Shown piece after piece: positions 49,785 to 62,673 of a stretch of DNA of 64,000 bases (position 1 is the stretch's first letter; each line of letters opens with the position of its first letter). The notes under the pieces are model-generated. The model made no database searches. It was given only the letters and a program-made list of their open reading frames with translations, and had not been told where the DNA came from. Origin of the DNA: Raillietiella orientalis (Eukaryota). The stretch spans positions 1,612,001-1,676,000 of the forward strand of contig JAYWIR010000040.1 of assembly GCA_036172245.1 (NCBI GenBank). Direction: 5' to 3'. Position numbers and translations under genes: made by a program.

Positions 49785-51263
49785 GTGTAACAGCCACTCA
49801 ACTGTGCATATCATTCTCTAGTCCGGCACTGGAGTTTGTGCTTATACTGTCTTGGAGTATAGGTTTCTCACTACACTGATGCAAGCCTTATTTCAAATTC
49901 ATACAAGGCTCTTGTTTTCTCATCAGCTACCTTGCTGTATCTATGTTACCAAAGTCCAGTGCAACTTCTATCTTGTGATATTCATAGGAAGAATCTTGTA
50001 TACGCTTACTACTCAGTTGCCTTCATAGCAGTTGCCAAATTTTGATTCGGTGACCTTTGCTATATGCTTGTCTTCCTAACCCTTCCATCAGACACCATCC
50101 AGTCATTTCAAACATGGTGAATTGGCTAGTGAAGCAATACAGAAGAAAAATACATTATTTTGCATTTATGATAGTTAAAATATTATTATATTTGGAATGC
50201 ATTTTCAGTTGAGAATACTTGGATTTTGTTCACTTTGTGGATTTTGCCATTTGATGCAAGTCATTGTGATAGTTTTCTAGTTTGCTATTTGTTTGTTGTA
50301 TAAACATAGGTGTTATTTCTTTATATTCCCCCTTTTTTTTCTTTTTCTTCCACTCCCCCGTTTACTGTGGATTTGTCACTTAGGAAAGCTTTTGAGTTTT
50401 TACAGACTTTTTCAAAAGAATGATTGTTGACAATATCTTAATAGATATTCTGCATAAATAAATGGTTTTCTTTTTTTTTTAAAAAAAAAAAAATGGAAAT
50501 GTATTTGATTGGGGATTTATATTTTAATTCGATTGAAATTTACGTTAAATCAACAAAATATCCGTGGAGAAGAATCCTGTTGTACATCACTTCCACAAAG
50601 CTATGGATGAAACCACCTAATTGAAAATGATTTTTGGCGCTCTGGTGAAAACCGTTATCAGCATACCGCGAGAACGTTCACTCCACGGGCATTTAAAACA
50701 ACAAAAAAAAAGGAAAAAAGAAAAAAAGCCGAAATTGCGAATGCTTTCGAAATTCTCCGTACGTGGTGAATTCTGCTTGCCTCCTTGCTGGCGTATGACG
50801 TCACGTGTTCCTTGCGTGTGTGCGACGCATATGCGTGTCCGTCACGCATATGTTAGCGGCATATTTGGTGGGGACGAATGCGTGGGCTTGCCAGGGAGTT
50901 GTGTATTCCGATCCTGGTGCAGCCCGGGAAGTATCGGGTGAGCCCGCTCGGAAAGCGTGCACCTCAAACAAAAAAAAAACCGCCGAGAGCAAACATTCGA
51001 CCTGCTCGGGGAGTTGCACCGAGCAGGTCGTGTTTGAGCAGTGGGGAGGTGCGCCGCTTCGGCGGGCGGAAGCCGTCGAAGTGCGGGGCATGCCCGCGCC
51101 TGGCGCGCGCAGCCCCACAACCCACGGGGGGGGGCAGCAAGCGAGAGAAGTACGGACGGTTCCGCACTTCGCAGCAGCAGCGGATGCACAGGGTTCGAAA
51201 GCACAGGCACTGCTTCGTGCTGGGGTGGTCAACTTGCCCTCGTTTCATATCAGCGGCGGCGGC

Positions 51264-51303
51264 GGTGGTGGTGGTGGTGGTGGTGGTGGTGGTGGTGGTG
51301 GTG
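51264..51303. repeat. (GGT)n trinucleotide microsatellite preceded by (GGC)n
   Basis: Directly visible. Confidence 0.95.
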
Positions 51304-51823
51304 GGTCGAGGGGTTCCCCGTGGGGTTGGCGAGTTTCCGTCGCCCCCCCCCCCTCCCCACGCGCGGGATTTTGCCCTCCATTTTTCTGGCAGCGCCCGTG
51401 ACCGCAGGATGCTCGGTTCCCGGGGTGCCACGGTTCCCTGAATCAGCAAGAAAGTCGCGGAACCGGGACGGGGAGCACGCGGCAAGGTCGCGCCGCTGCC
51501 CGAGAGGCACTCGGCCGTGAGGACCCAGCGCATACTCTGGCGCGAAGCTGTCGGGGGAGACCCCATTTTCTTTCTTTCGCTTCCACCGGATTCTCCTCCT
51601 CCGGGCTGTCGCAGGTAGGAAAAGGAAAGCAACGGAATATCCGATTTGCAGTCCTGTTAGGAGTCCGGCGAGAAGAATTCCGAGTCGAGGGCGGCGCAGT
51701 TTGCATCTCTCTTTGCCGTCCACGTCGGTGCAGCAAAAAGTGTGCCTGGACCCCGATTCCTTCCTTGTAAAACGAACCGGGAGCGTTTCAAGATTCGAAA
51801 GGAACCCTCTTTCCTTCTTGCTT

Positions 51824-51829
<6 letters not shown>

Positions 51830-51868
<39 letters not shown>

Positions 51869-54800
51869 GATCCTTGGTCATTCTTTTGCATGTCTCAGAT
51901 CTTGGCTTTCTTTCCCTTCGAGGCCCCAACCATCTCCACAGCTTTTTCATTTGGTGAAAAAACAGAAAGCCTCTGAAAAATCTCAGCAACTGTCGCACTT
52001 TTGCACGCGAAAGCGGGAGGAACCGTGGTTTGCCACGTTCCCCGCGAGGGTGTAATCAGCCAGCGCTTGCTTTGACCCGCGCTGGCCTGCTCGACCCAAC
52101 GATGGCATCTGGTCAGCATGAAAGTCCACTTTTTCACAACTGCCTGCCTCTGGGGAAAGTCGTTGTGATCCACGGCGGTCTTCGACTCGGGTCGTTTCGC
52201 GGAACAGGAGAGTTCCAGCGAAGATTCGCGCACTCCGCCACATGGATTGCTGCTGGCGTTTCCAAGCATCTCCTCCGGGAGCCTCTGGAGGGGTGCGAAC
52301 TTCATCAGAGGACGACGGCATCATAAACCTCCAGCTTGCACTGGGTGGGTGCATCCTGGTCAGTGTTTCGATAAAACGCCTTTGGACTCGCAGATGCTCG
52401 TGCCGCAGAACACGATTCCAATGCGCCACCACTTATCTTTATTGTTCATCTGAACAGAGCAATGGTACGAGATTGTGTATCAGTTTCTTTTTTTTTTTTT
52501 TTTTCCTTCTCGTCTGCTACGTCAAGATAAGAGCCAAATCATTTTTGCGAACATCCCGCTCTATGAGTGACCCATCTAGCCGTGGATTGGATTCGAAGAT
52601 GCCGGATACTTGCTGGGACGGTTCAGAAAATTCTTCATCACTTATTCCACTTATTTTGCAGGGTGTTGCAATTTATGTATTGCCTATCCGTTGCATCACT
52701 TCTGTGGTCTCGAGGAAGAACGCTGTGCTCTCCGTGCTTGTGATCTCACGTCATTCTATTCGACAAACTTTTATCAGATGCTCCCAATAGGGTGAGTTCA
52801 TTCCCGAGCAGTTTTTGTATAGCGATTTCGTCAAATCGTGTCCGTTTGCTGCGTACATTAGCAACAGACCTATGTTGCCCAACCACTAATAACGACAAAT
52901 CGCTCCACGTCTCGATGGAAAAGTGATTGAAAAAACATGGTGACACGGCGTGTACTCCTGACATCCTGAGAGCCTTCGAAACCGCCGTCCTCTGAATAAA
53001 CACATCGATTAGATACACGAAGTGTGTGCGCGTGCGCGCACACAATGCCAAACAGCCTCGTGATTGCCCAAACACACACACACACACACACAAACACACA
53101 TCATCATGAGCAATGTCACAAATTCCTGGCGTTGCATCGGCACAGCCTCCAGGTCGCATCCAGCGCCGAGGAAAATTGCGGCATCTCGGGATCAAAGGCG
53201 GCTCGAGACGGCTCCAGATGCAGCGCTCGGCTCTCTCCTTGTGCTGATTTTGGGGTCTTTTCTATACACTTGCACGCCGCACGCGTACCTATGCGTACCT
53301 TCGTACAGTTCGATAAAAAAGTTTCACGCAAACGCGGTCGCTGGGAGCTCCACATACTCTCGTGCTCTTTCATGCGATCCGTTGCGTGCGCTACCACTGG
53401 CGACGCGCAGCCTCCGTTTCCGGTCACGACCGAGCAGTGCATGCCCGCACAAGAATCACTGACTTTTTTGCGACTCCATTTTTCTTTTCGAGAATTCCTT
53501 CCCTCCCATGTGGCCGTACGTTTTTTTCTTTCTTTCTTATTCTCATTTTCCTTTTCGCTGATGTCGAAAACCAGCCTCCACAGAACCTTTCCTTACAAAC
53601 GGAGGACCCAAATCAAACGTCTGCAGCACCGTTCTGTTTCCTTTTTTTTTTTTTTCTTTTTACGTACGCAACACGGGGCTCACCTCGAGTTCTTTGAAGA
53701 GGCCCCCCCTTACGTTTCCTAGACTTTTGGTCCAAGTTCCTCTTTCCGCCGCGCGAGGCAAACGACCTGAACCGAACGCGGATGCCGGGAATCTGCAAAG
53801 CTGGCGAGCGGGCGCCAGGCACCACTTTGGAGTCTTCAGAGGACAACTCGTGGGTTCTGCTGGAGAGGAACGCCGGGCTTCCTGCTGTTTGTGACGGCCT
53901 CTTCGCACGACAGGTGGGAAGCACAGGGCTTAAAGGAAGGAGCAACGACCAGGAACGCCCGGACGGCACACAAAGCGCTTCTTGCGCTTTTTTACCTCCC
54001 GTTGATTTCACCGTTCAGAGATCTTTTGCTGCGGCAGTCGCAGTCAAAAGATGTTTCCACGAGCGCGACCGTGCCAAGAAGACCTGCTGGACTGAAGAAC
54101 GCTTTGGTCCAGCACGCAGGACGCTCGGGTCGTGGACAGGCATCTCCTGAGGCTGGAGGACCGGAGCCACCGCCGTCTGTCACCCTCTCATCCCGCACCA
54201 CGCACTTCTCCGGAAGGATGCCGAGAACGGGACCGGATGCAGATGATCCGGAGGCAGAGGCAGGCGAGGACGCACCAACAGACGGCGGGCGCGGGGCTGG
54301 AGCGGAATTCCTCCACCCCCCCCCCCCCCCCACCTCGAGTGCCTGCGTCTGCGCTCGTCCCGAAGTCATAGGTGCCGCTGGACCCCGGACGGCCGCTCGC
54401 CAGCGGCCTTCTTGCACCTACAGGCCCGGTTGTCCGACTCAGACGCCTCTTTGCGCGTTGCCTTCCGAGGTGCAGCCTCGATGCACGTCTTTCGGTTCCC
54501 CCGACTTCCCGCGCGCGCTTCTGAGATGCCACGTTCCCTTGCGACGGGGGCTTCCGCCCCCGGGACCCTGGTCACCCCATGGCAACTGGGCTATCGGGAA
54601 CGAGGAACGCTCCTTGGGTCGGGGTTTCTTCCGCCCGTCTCCCCTGCATCAGCCTGTCTCGACCTCACGGACGCAGCGAGGAAGAAGAGGGAAGGGAGGG
54701 AACAACTGAACAGCCAATCGCTACCGGAGACTGCCTCTGCCCCCTCCCATTCTCTCTACCCTGGCTGGCGTCGACCAGGAGAACGCGCGCGAGAGGGTTT

Positions 54801-57800
54801 CCTAGGGAACCCGCAGCCCCCCGGCTCAAGATGCCTTGGACCTTTGCCCGCGCTCTTACAGACGCATTCAGGTTCCTGCAATCGTGCGCACCGGGAGGGT
54901 GGTTCCTTCTCTGTTCACCTGCCCCCACCCCCACCCCCGCCTCCGAGACCCTTCTCTTTCGGGTACGGATGTCGGGAAGGTCCGTCCTCGCTAATCAGCT
55001 CCGCACTCACTGGGTGAAGGCTATCGACCCGGGTCGGGAGTGTGTAGAAATGAGACTTCCTCTTTTCCCTGGAGTCACTCCTCCTCGGAGCAAGGGGAGC
55101 AGAAGAGGAGAAAAACGGGTGGAAAAAGGGAGGAAGCCATCGTCTCCTTCCCGAGAAGGCCCAGTGAGACGGGGGCCAACGACCCGCTTGGGCCCTCAGC
55201 ACGCGAGAGAATTTTCCACGTTGCCGCAGTGGCGTCCCGCGGGGACGCGCTGCAGGGTCACGGGCTGTCTCCGCGGTGCTTGAGCCTAGCGGGCTTCGGG
55301 GGCAGGGGGAAGGAGGGGGAGGATGAAGGCACCGATCGGTGCGTAAGTTCTCTCCGCTCTCTCTCTCCCCCCCCCCTCCCTACCCTCTTGCGGTTTTCTT
55401 GCAAGTAAGGGAAGGAGGGCCCGTTCTTCGGGGCGGAGGGGATGCGCCTCTCCAGGATGGGACTGCTCCCAGGAAGGCTCCCATGGGGGAAAGGTCGCAG
55501 CAGCCTCCGAAGGAGACTGACGGGGCATAACCGCCCGAAGTTCCAGGCTACCCTATTCCCTGCGTCGGAAAGAGGAAGAGGTACCCGCTACCTCATGCGA
55601 CGCCGCCTGGGGCGCAATCCCTCCGAGAGGACGGAGGGCGCGAGTCGGCGCGGCTGAAGCGGGCATGCAGAGCAAAGGAGGAGGAGAAGGAGGAAAGGGA
55701 TGAGCGGGGGTTCCTAGCGGCGAGGTCAGCACTGTCGGCTCCGGTTCTGCTGAGTCCCTCCTTCCCTCGCCTCGCTCGGGGAGAGGAGGGGATGTGCGGC
55801 ATTCCCAGCGTGGTTTTTCGCCCGGGAGGGAGACGGCAGACGGGAGTGTGTGCATGAGAAAGGGAGCAGCTCCCTTCCCTCGCCAGGAAACGGCAGCCGC
55901 TGACCCCGGTCCGGTTGAAGGCGCTGTTTCGGGGTGCGCGCTTCGTGATAGGGTGCCAGCCCGATGCGAACGCGCGCAGACACGGCTCCCGGTGGGCGCG
56001 CCATGCCACGTCACGGTCCACACCGTCACCAGAGGACAAGGGGGCGAGGGCAAGCCTCGGAAGGAGGCAGCGTGGTCGCACGTGCTTTCGGGAAGCGACG
56101 AAACACAGGAAGGTCAAAACACAAAAGCACACACAAAGGCAGATAGATGGTGGTCAGGTTCCTCTGGGCCCGCGTCTCGTGTGTGCTCTTCCTCACAGGA
56201 GTGGCCGAGAGTTTTCGACACTGGGGGGGACGTGACCTGGCCTCCTCCGTTCTTCGTGTGTGTACCTCTTTCCTGCTGACTCCTTCCGCTGCGGCTACGG
56301 GTCCAAGAACGCTGTGCTCTTCCGGAACGAAAGACTTTGTGTTCCGCGTGTAGCACACGGGAGAAACGCTCACGGGCGAAGACACCTCGGCGCGCTGTCA
56401 CGGCAGATGAAGTGCACGCAGGCAGGCGGATTTCAACCACTGGCAGCAGCGTTCTGCGGTCGATTTTTCCTGGACCTCTGCTCGTCTTTCCCGCGCGTTC
56501 CTCGAGCGGGGAACCCGGGCAGCCCCGAGACGCTCTTCCCAGCTTCCCCTTGATGCAGTTGCAAGGGGAAGCCTCGCGCTAAACAAGCCGCGGAAAGCGT
56601 GGACTGAAAAGCAGATGTCGGCACATGAGCAGGAGGCAAGGGAGGGAGGGAGGGAGGGAGGAGGAGGACGTCGGTTAAGCTGCCACCGTTCGTCGGGACA
56701 GGGCGTTGGGCCAACGAGACCCCGCCATCCGCGGGCAACGCGTCCCCCTGGCGCGTTTCCTTCAGAGCCTCTTCCGCCTACCTCACGCATTGAAGCACCG
56801 CGCGCCCCTGCGTGCTCTAGGACCTGCGGAGAGCGACGCCGCAAAGGCAGCGGCCCTGGGTCTGCAGCTTTGGGAAGGGATCCGCCAGTCAAGCCCGTGG
56901 GCACGAAGCATCGTAGGCTGTCTGCTGCCATCGCTGCAATCAGGCACACAGGAAGCCTGTTATCCTTTTCTCTCTTATTTACCTGGAATTGCGTTCAACA
57001 GTGCGTGACTAGAAAATAACTTCCGGTTTGAAGACCAGCGAAGTCGACTTTGCGTAACACGGAGCATTCGTCCTCGCATCTGTGGCCAGTGCAGCGTGCA
57101 TCTTCAGTGCAGAGCAAAAACTTTCTCTTTGCAAACTGCGTCCACAGCGCCCTGTTTCTCAACACTCTCCCTTCGTCGCTCCCCCACTTTTTACGGTAAG
57201 GTGCTCAGTCCCACGAACGACGTCTCCTGCCGTCACCATTCCAGTCCAACAGTCGTGGGGGATTTTTTTTTTCCTTCTTCCGAATGGAATCAGTCATTTA
57301 CATCGTAACCGATCAGCAGCAACCGATTGGGAATGCTGCGCGAGTACACGGGTGCTGCCTCACTCCCGCACCTTCATCTTTCTCGAAGCAGGCTACAGAG
57401 AGACATCAACCTGGAACCCTGGAATCGGTCTCGGAAGCCCCAGGAAACCATGCAGCCCGAGCCTTAGGAAGATGCAACAACACGCCGGAACACGATCGGC
57501 GACCGAAACGCCAAACCGTCCCATTCCGGTCCACTCGCTACCAAGATGATGGAGGCGTTTGCAAGCGGATCTTGCCCTGGTGCAAAACCGCTTGTTCAAC
57601 AAACCAGAAACCCCCCAACCCTCCGTTCCGGCCGCCATACGATTTTCAAGGGCTTTGCGGCGGTCCCACGACGCCGTCGGGTGGCGATGGCGTTTTTCCG
57701 CAACTGCTGCCACCGAATGAGCGATGACGGGAGAGCACTGCAGGCGGACCCCGCAGCGAGCTGCCCAAAGTCCGGCCACTTCCTCTGCAAAGTCGGTCAG

Positions 57801-58130
57801 CTTCAGGTACGCTGGCGTGCGAATGCCACGGCATGGACGCGCAACGTCGGCAGGCGTGTCCACGGACGACGACACGGCTGGCTGGTGGGGATGGCTAAGC
57901 AGTCGATGGCGGCTCCCCCATCCTCTGCGGGCGCGCGTCACCGACCTCCCCACTTCCGTGCGGCCGTCCCTCCTGCAACAAGCCCGGGCGCCCCACTGCC
58001 CCGCACGGGTATGGGCGCAGACCAGCAGAGTCGGATGTGGCGATGGTACTGGCACAACCAATCCCACACCGAGACCGCTTGCTCGAGCAATCTGCTGACG
58101 GAGATCACGTGGACGGAACGCGGCTAAAAT
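51830..58130 (-). mobile_element. Heavily decayed L1/Tx1-like element, possibly near full length
   Basis: GC-rich block. Near its 5' end (minus strand) 'RGIRTPAYLKL' and 'RFCTRARSACKRLHHLGSE' resemble Tx1-type ORF1 zinc knuckles. A plus-strand poly(T) near 51838-51854 could be the poly(A) tail. ORF2 motifs are barely recognisable. Confidence 0.35.
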
Positions 58131-59211
58131 GGCTGCACATGGCTGCCTGCATCATTCGGTGCACGGCATGACAAAAAGCATTCGCTCAGACTCCCATCGA
58201 TACCGCAGGATGCGAATCTCTTGGAAACGTATGGAAACACCAGTGGCACCCCGTGATAAACAAGTTTTTTTTCTTTTTTTGAAAAAAAAAAAAAAAAAAA
58301 AAAAAGAGAGGAGGAAGGCATGTGCGACATTTACATCACAACATGAATAATGTATTATTATTTTACAGTATGTAAGAGAATTTGGGACTTTTACATCATG
58401 ATTACGTATCTTTGCTGCTAGACAACCTCAGCCACTGATGCACTTGATTGCCTTTCTAAGAAAATAATCGATGGCAGCACACGCATTTTGTAACGACGTG
58501 TTTCATTTTAACAACAAAATCAGTCCACAAGTTCGTGAAAAAAACGTTAGCTCATTAGTAGCGAAAACTCCCAGAGAACGACTTCAAAATCTTGCAAACA
58601 GCCCACCTGAATTGAGAATCAATCATGTTAAATGCAAATTACACTGAAAACAGCAATGAATGCACCATGCAATGATGTTAAGACCTGAAAACTCATGAAT
58701 GGTGGCCACATGCCTTTGTTCTCTTCGAAACTTGAATATCATGCCAGCAAGCAACTAACAATACCTTCAATTCTTATAACCAAAGCACAATTTTCCAATC
58801 TGTGTGATGGTGACTGTATTCAATTATTTGATTAGAACACATGGTATACACTCAAAAAGAAAAATGCAGAGCAATCCCATTTCTCCACCTATTTCCAAAT
58901 TTACACTGTAACTGGACCATTTTATTGACTAACAGAAAAGGGAATTGGCTACAGAAATACAAAAACAAGGAATTAGTTGGCAGGACCCTGCAATGGTGTG
59001 GTCAAATATAAGAGGTAAAATAAATAAATACAAATTCCAAAAGGAATACAGGAAGGAAACTGAAACTAATGTCTATTGTTGCTTTAGAAAAAGGAATTTG
59101 TCCTCCCACCCTTAGTTCTTCCACTTGAGCAGGTACCATTATGAGATTAGGTTGGAATGCTCATCTAGGAGCGCACACTTAAAATATATACATGTTGTAC
59201 TCTTCTCAGTT

Positions 59212-59215
59212 TTAC

Positions 59216-59246
<31 letters not shown>

Positions 59247-59969
59247 CTTCCTCCTCATATTCATCAACCACTTTTGTAGGTACGTTATTGGCCTTGGATT
59301 TTTTGTATGCATCCATTTCCTTATGAACACGTTGTCACTTACCCTAACTACAACTTTGTCACTTACCCTTTCGTATCTATGACGATCTTTCTCTGCCATT
59401 GCTTCATATTTACTACGAGCAGCTTCATCTACATCAGCCCATCTCTTCCCTAACTCTTTTGCTATATCTCCTACACCATACTCAGGATTCTCTTCCTTGA
59501 CTTTTCCACGTTCATCATTGCAAAACCAAAAAAATGCTGACCTAAACAGATACATCAGTGACAATCTACTTAACATTTTGCTGCTTACAGTGATCTTTTA
59601 GGGGCACCTGGATCTTTTGTACGCCTGCGTTTCCTACTCTTCTTTGGTTCGCCTTTGGGTGGATTGTAATCCTTCATTTCACTATCATAGCGTTTTTTGT
59701 CTTTGTCTGCCATTTCGTGGAAACGCTTCTTTTCTTTTTCGGACATGGTCTACACATTGTACATGAAATGTATAAGTAAAAATTTTTTTGCACATGAAAG
59801 CGCACTTCACCTTCCATCTTTCCGCACATTTTTTGGAGAATTCTGAGAAGACAACGTTTTCATCTGGGTGCTTTTTTTTATGCTCTTCCCTGCAAGTCTG
59901 AACGAAATATGCATAAGCCGACATACGTCCTCTCGGCTTATCACTATCTGCAGCTTTTCCTCTCGGCAT
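59212..59969 (-). CDS. HMGB: Two-box HMG protein with acidic tail (HMGB1/2, Dsp1-like). Exons: 59969-59811, 59749-59589, 59541-59367, 59319-59212
   Basis: '[50 protein letters not shown]...[25 protein letters not shown]...[11 protein letters not shown]...[13 protein letters not shown]'. Confidence 0.96.
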
Positions 59970-60674
59970 GTCTCTCTCTCTCGCGCTCTCTCTCTCGCTC
60001 TCTTTTTTTTTTTTTTTAATTTTAATTTTTCACTTCTGTACAACTATACTATACTACACAACAAAGAGAATGCATGAATACACCCGAGTACACAAAATTC
60101 GACAATCATTACACAACAGGCAGATAGAAGATATGCACACTTTTTTTTTTTTTTTTTTTTCCTCCTTTTCCCCATGCCGTGTCCGAAAACAATCACTGCT
60201 ACGTGAAAAACGCTGCGCTTAATGGGTATTGCGTTTTCGCTTCACAACAGGACGCTATACTTAGCCATGAAAAGTAAAAAAGAGGGTAAGGCAAAAACCA
60301 CGTACGTGAAAGCCTCACGTGAAAAGTGCATCCATTCCTTCCACACACACACACACACACACACACTGCCCACACGTACGAACCCACCCCGGGTCCGTAG
60401 GGTAGGCGCCGGGTGGGGTGGGTGGGAAAGAAAGGGGGAGGGGAGGACCCTCCGAAGGAAAGGCAAGGAAAGAAAGACTGGCGCGTTTTCACGATGGGGG
60501 GACGAGGAATTTCAAAAAACCGAAGCTGCTGCTGCAGAAATTCCAGGGGGGGGGAAGGGAGGGATGGAGGGGGGGGGGGAGAAGAAGAAGAAAGGGAGCC
60601 ATTAACGGAGCACAAGAAACGCGCACAAAATGCCTGCATTCCTGCCGCAGCACATTCGCAAGATGCTGTGCAAC

Positions 60675-60720
<46 letters not shown>

Positions 60721-62000
60721 CACACATACACACGCATACAAAAGCGCGTCGACTTTTACAGCAATGGTTGCAGCAGCCACCCAACGGAAATTTTCATAAA
60801 TGCGATATACGGGAGAATCCGGGAGCATAAAAAAAAAAAAAAAAAAAAAAAACGAAATGAAACGGAAAAAAAAAAAGAAAGAATAGAAAAAGAAAGAAAG
60901 AAAAATGAAATGAAAAACGAAAAATACACACGCACGCACGAATATATACGCACCAACATATACAAATATATATATAAGCGCAGGCAAATGCATCCGTGTA
61001 CATACCTACATCCACAAACACGCATGCACACTCACATATATTAATTGTGGAACACAAATATGCAAAAGTTCACACAGGAACACCGGCGACTGCTGCACGA
61101 ATTTCGAAGAAAAAAAAAAAAAAAAGAAGACGGGAAAAGAAAAAAAAAAAAAAGGAGAAGACGGGAAAAGAAAGAAAAAAAAACGAAGCACGGGAAAGAA
61201 GGAAAAAGGAAGGGGGGGAAGAAGAAGGAAGGGGGGGGGAAATAAAAAAAAAAAAAAGAAAAGAAAGAAAAAGAAAGGAAGGGAACGGGTGAGCGAGGAA
61301 AAAAGGAAGAAAGGAGGAAGGAAGAAAGAAGAAGAAGAAGAAGAGGAGAAGAAGAAGAAGAAGAAGGAGGAGGAAAAAAAAAAAAAAAAAGTCAGCCCAG
61401 AATGCTTACCTTTTCCGGCGGTTTTTCGGGACGTACACCGTGCTGAAAGCATAAGAAAAAGCAAAGCGTATCTGCTCAATACAATGCTAACGTATCGGCT
61501 ATGGGAGTTTCGCTATTGGCTTGATTTGTTTTTGGCGCACTTTTTGATCCAATACAAGCGGCAAGCAAAGTGTCGCCGCTCGAGGAAAGGAAGCCAATTG
61601 TTGGGGCTTCCGAGAGCAAACGTGAACTGTGAAGTGGATGATGCGGAGTCCCCCCCCCCTCCTCCCTCCCCCCTCTCTCTCTCTCTCTCTCCCTCCCTCC
61701 GCCGCCGCCGCCGCCGCCGCAGCCGCAGCCCCCCCTCTCTTTCCCCCCCCTTCCTTCCTTCCTTCCTCCAGTGCGTGCATGCATGTGTTGTTGCTGCCGC
61801 TGCCGCCCCTCCGAGGAAACACCGAGAGCCTTTGTTCCGTGTCGATTCTTGGGGAAGGGATGAGTCTCTTTTTTCGTTTTTTCGTGTTTTTCCCCCCCCC
61901 TCCCCCCTCCTTTTCCCGAGAAGGTTGAATCCGACGGTGCGCCGGGAAACACGTTTGTGTGTAGGCATGTGTGAACTGCAGTCGGCTGTGCCAGTCCAGA
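59970..62000. promoter_or_regulatory. Divergent (putatively bidirectional) promoter/5'UTR region between HMGB and SAP30, rich in (CA)n, (GAA)n, poly(A) and (GCC)n
   Basis: Two genes are oriented head-to-head about 2 kb apart; the region is CpG-retaining and simple-repeat rich. Confidence 0.55.
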
Positions 62001-62009
62001 ATGATAGAA

Positions 62010-62588
62010 ATGAATGGGTGTCGTAACGAGGAGGACTGCAAAAAGGACAGTAAAAGCCCCCAGCGGCAAACGTGCTGCCTCCTGGACAACGGAGAAAAAT
62101 GCGCCAGGGTAGCTGGTAATGCGTCGTACAGCAAAAGAATAGAGAAAACCGTGGGTCAGAGGAAACTGAAGCTGCTCGTGGATCACAACGTAAGTACCTG
62201 CGTGTGATTGGAAAATTATTTACGTCTTGGTTGGTTTAAGGCGCAGCACAATTACATTTGCGATTATCATAAATCCGTCATACAGTCCATACGGACGAAA
62301 AGAAAGAGGAGAGATTCCGAAGATAAGGATGGCGAGGATCAAGATAAACCTGAAGTAGACTTATATCAGCTGCAGTTGAACACGCTTCGAAGATACAAGA
62401 AACACTTTAAAATTCCATCCCAGCCTGGGATTAATAAGGCGCAGCTGACTGATATTTTAACATGTCATTTCAAAACTATTCCTGTTTCTGAGAAAGAAAC
62501 ACTGACGTTTTTTATTTACATGATCAAGTCTCAGAGGTCAAAACTAGACCAAAAACTGGGGAGCCCATCTCACTCAGATGCTATTTAA
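62010..62588 (+). CDS. SAP30: Sin3-associated histone deacetylase complex subunit SAP30. Exons: 62010-62189 (alternative in-frame ATG at 62001), 62241-62588
   Basis: 'MNG...[29 protein letters not shown]...HNYICDYHK...[20 protein letters not shown]...[20 protein letters not shown]'. One 51-nt GT-AG intron. Confidence 0.96.
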
Positions 62589-62673
62589 ACATAGCATCTA
62601 GCAACTTTCCAAGTTCTATAACTCGAAGATGTAAAGCAGATATTTAAATAACCACAGAAATAAAACTGGATAA

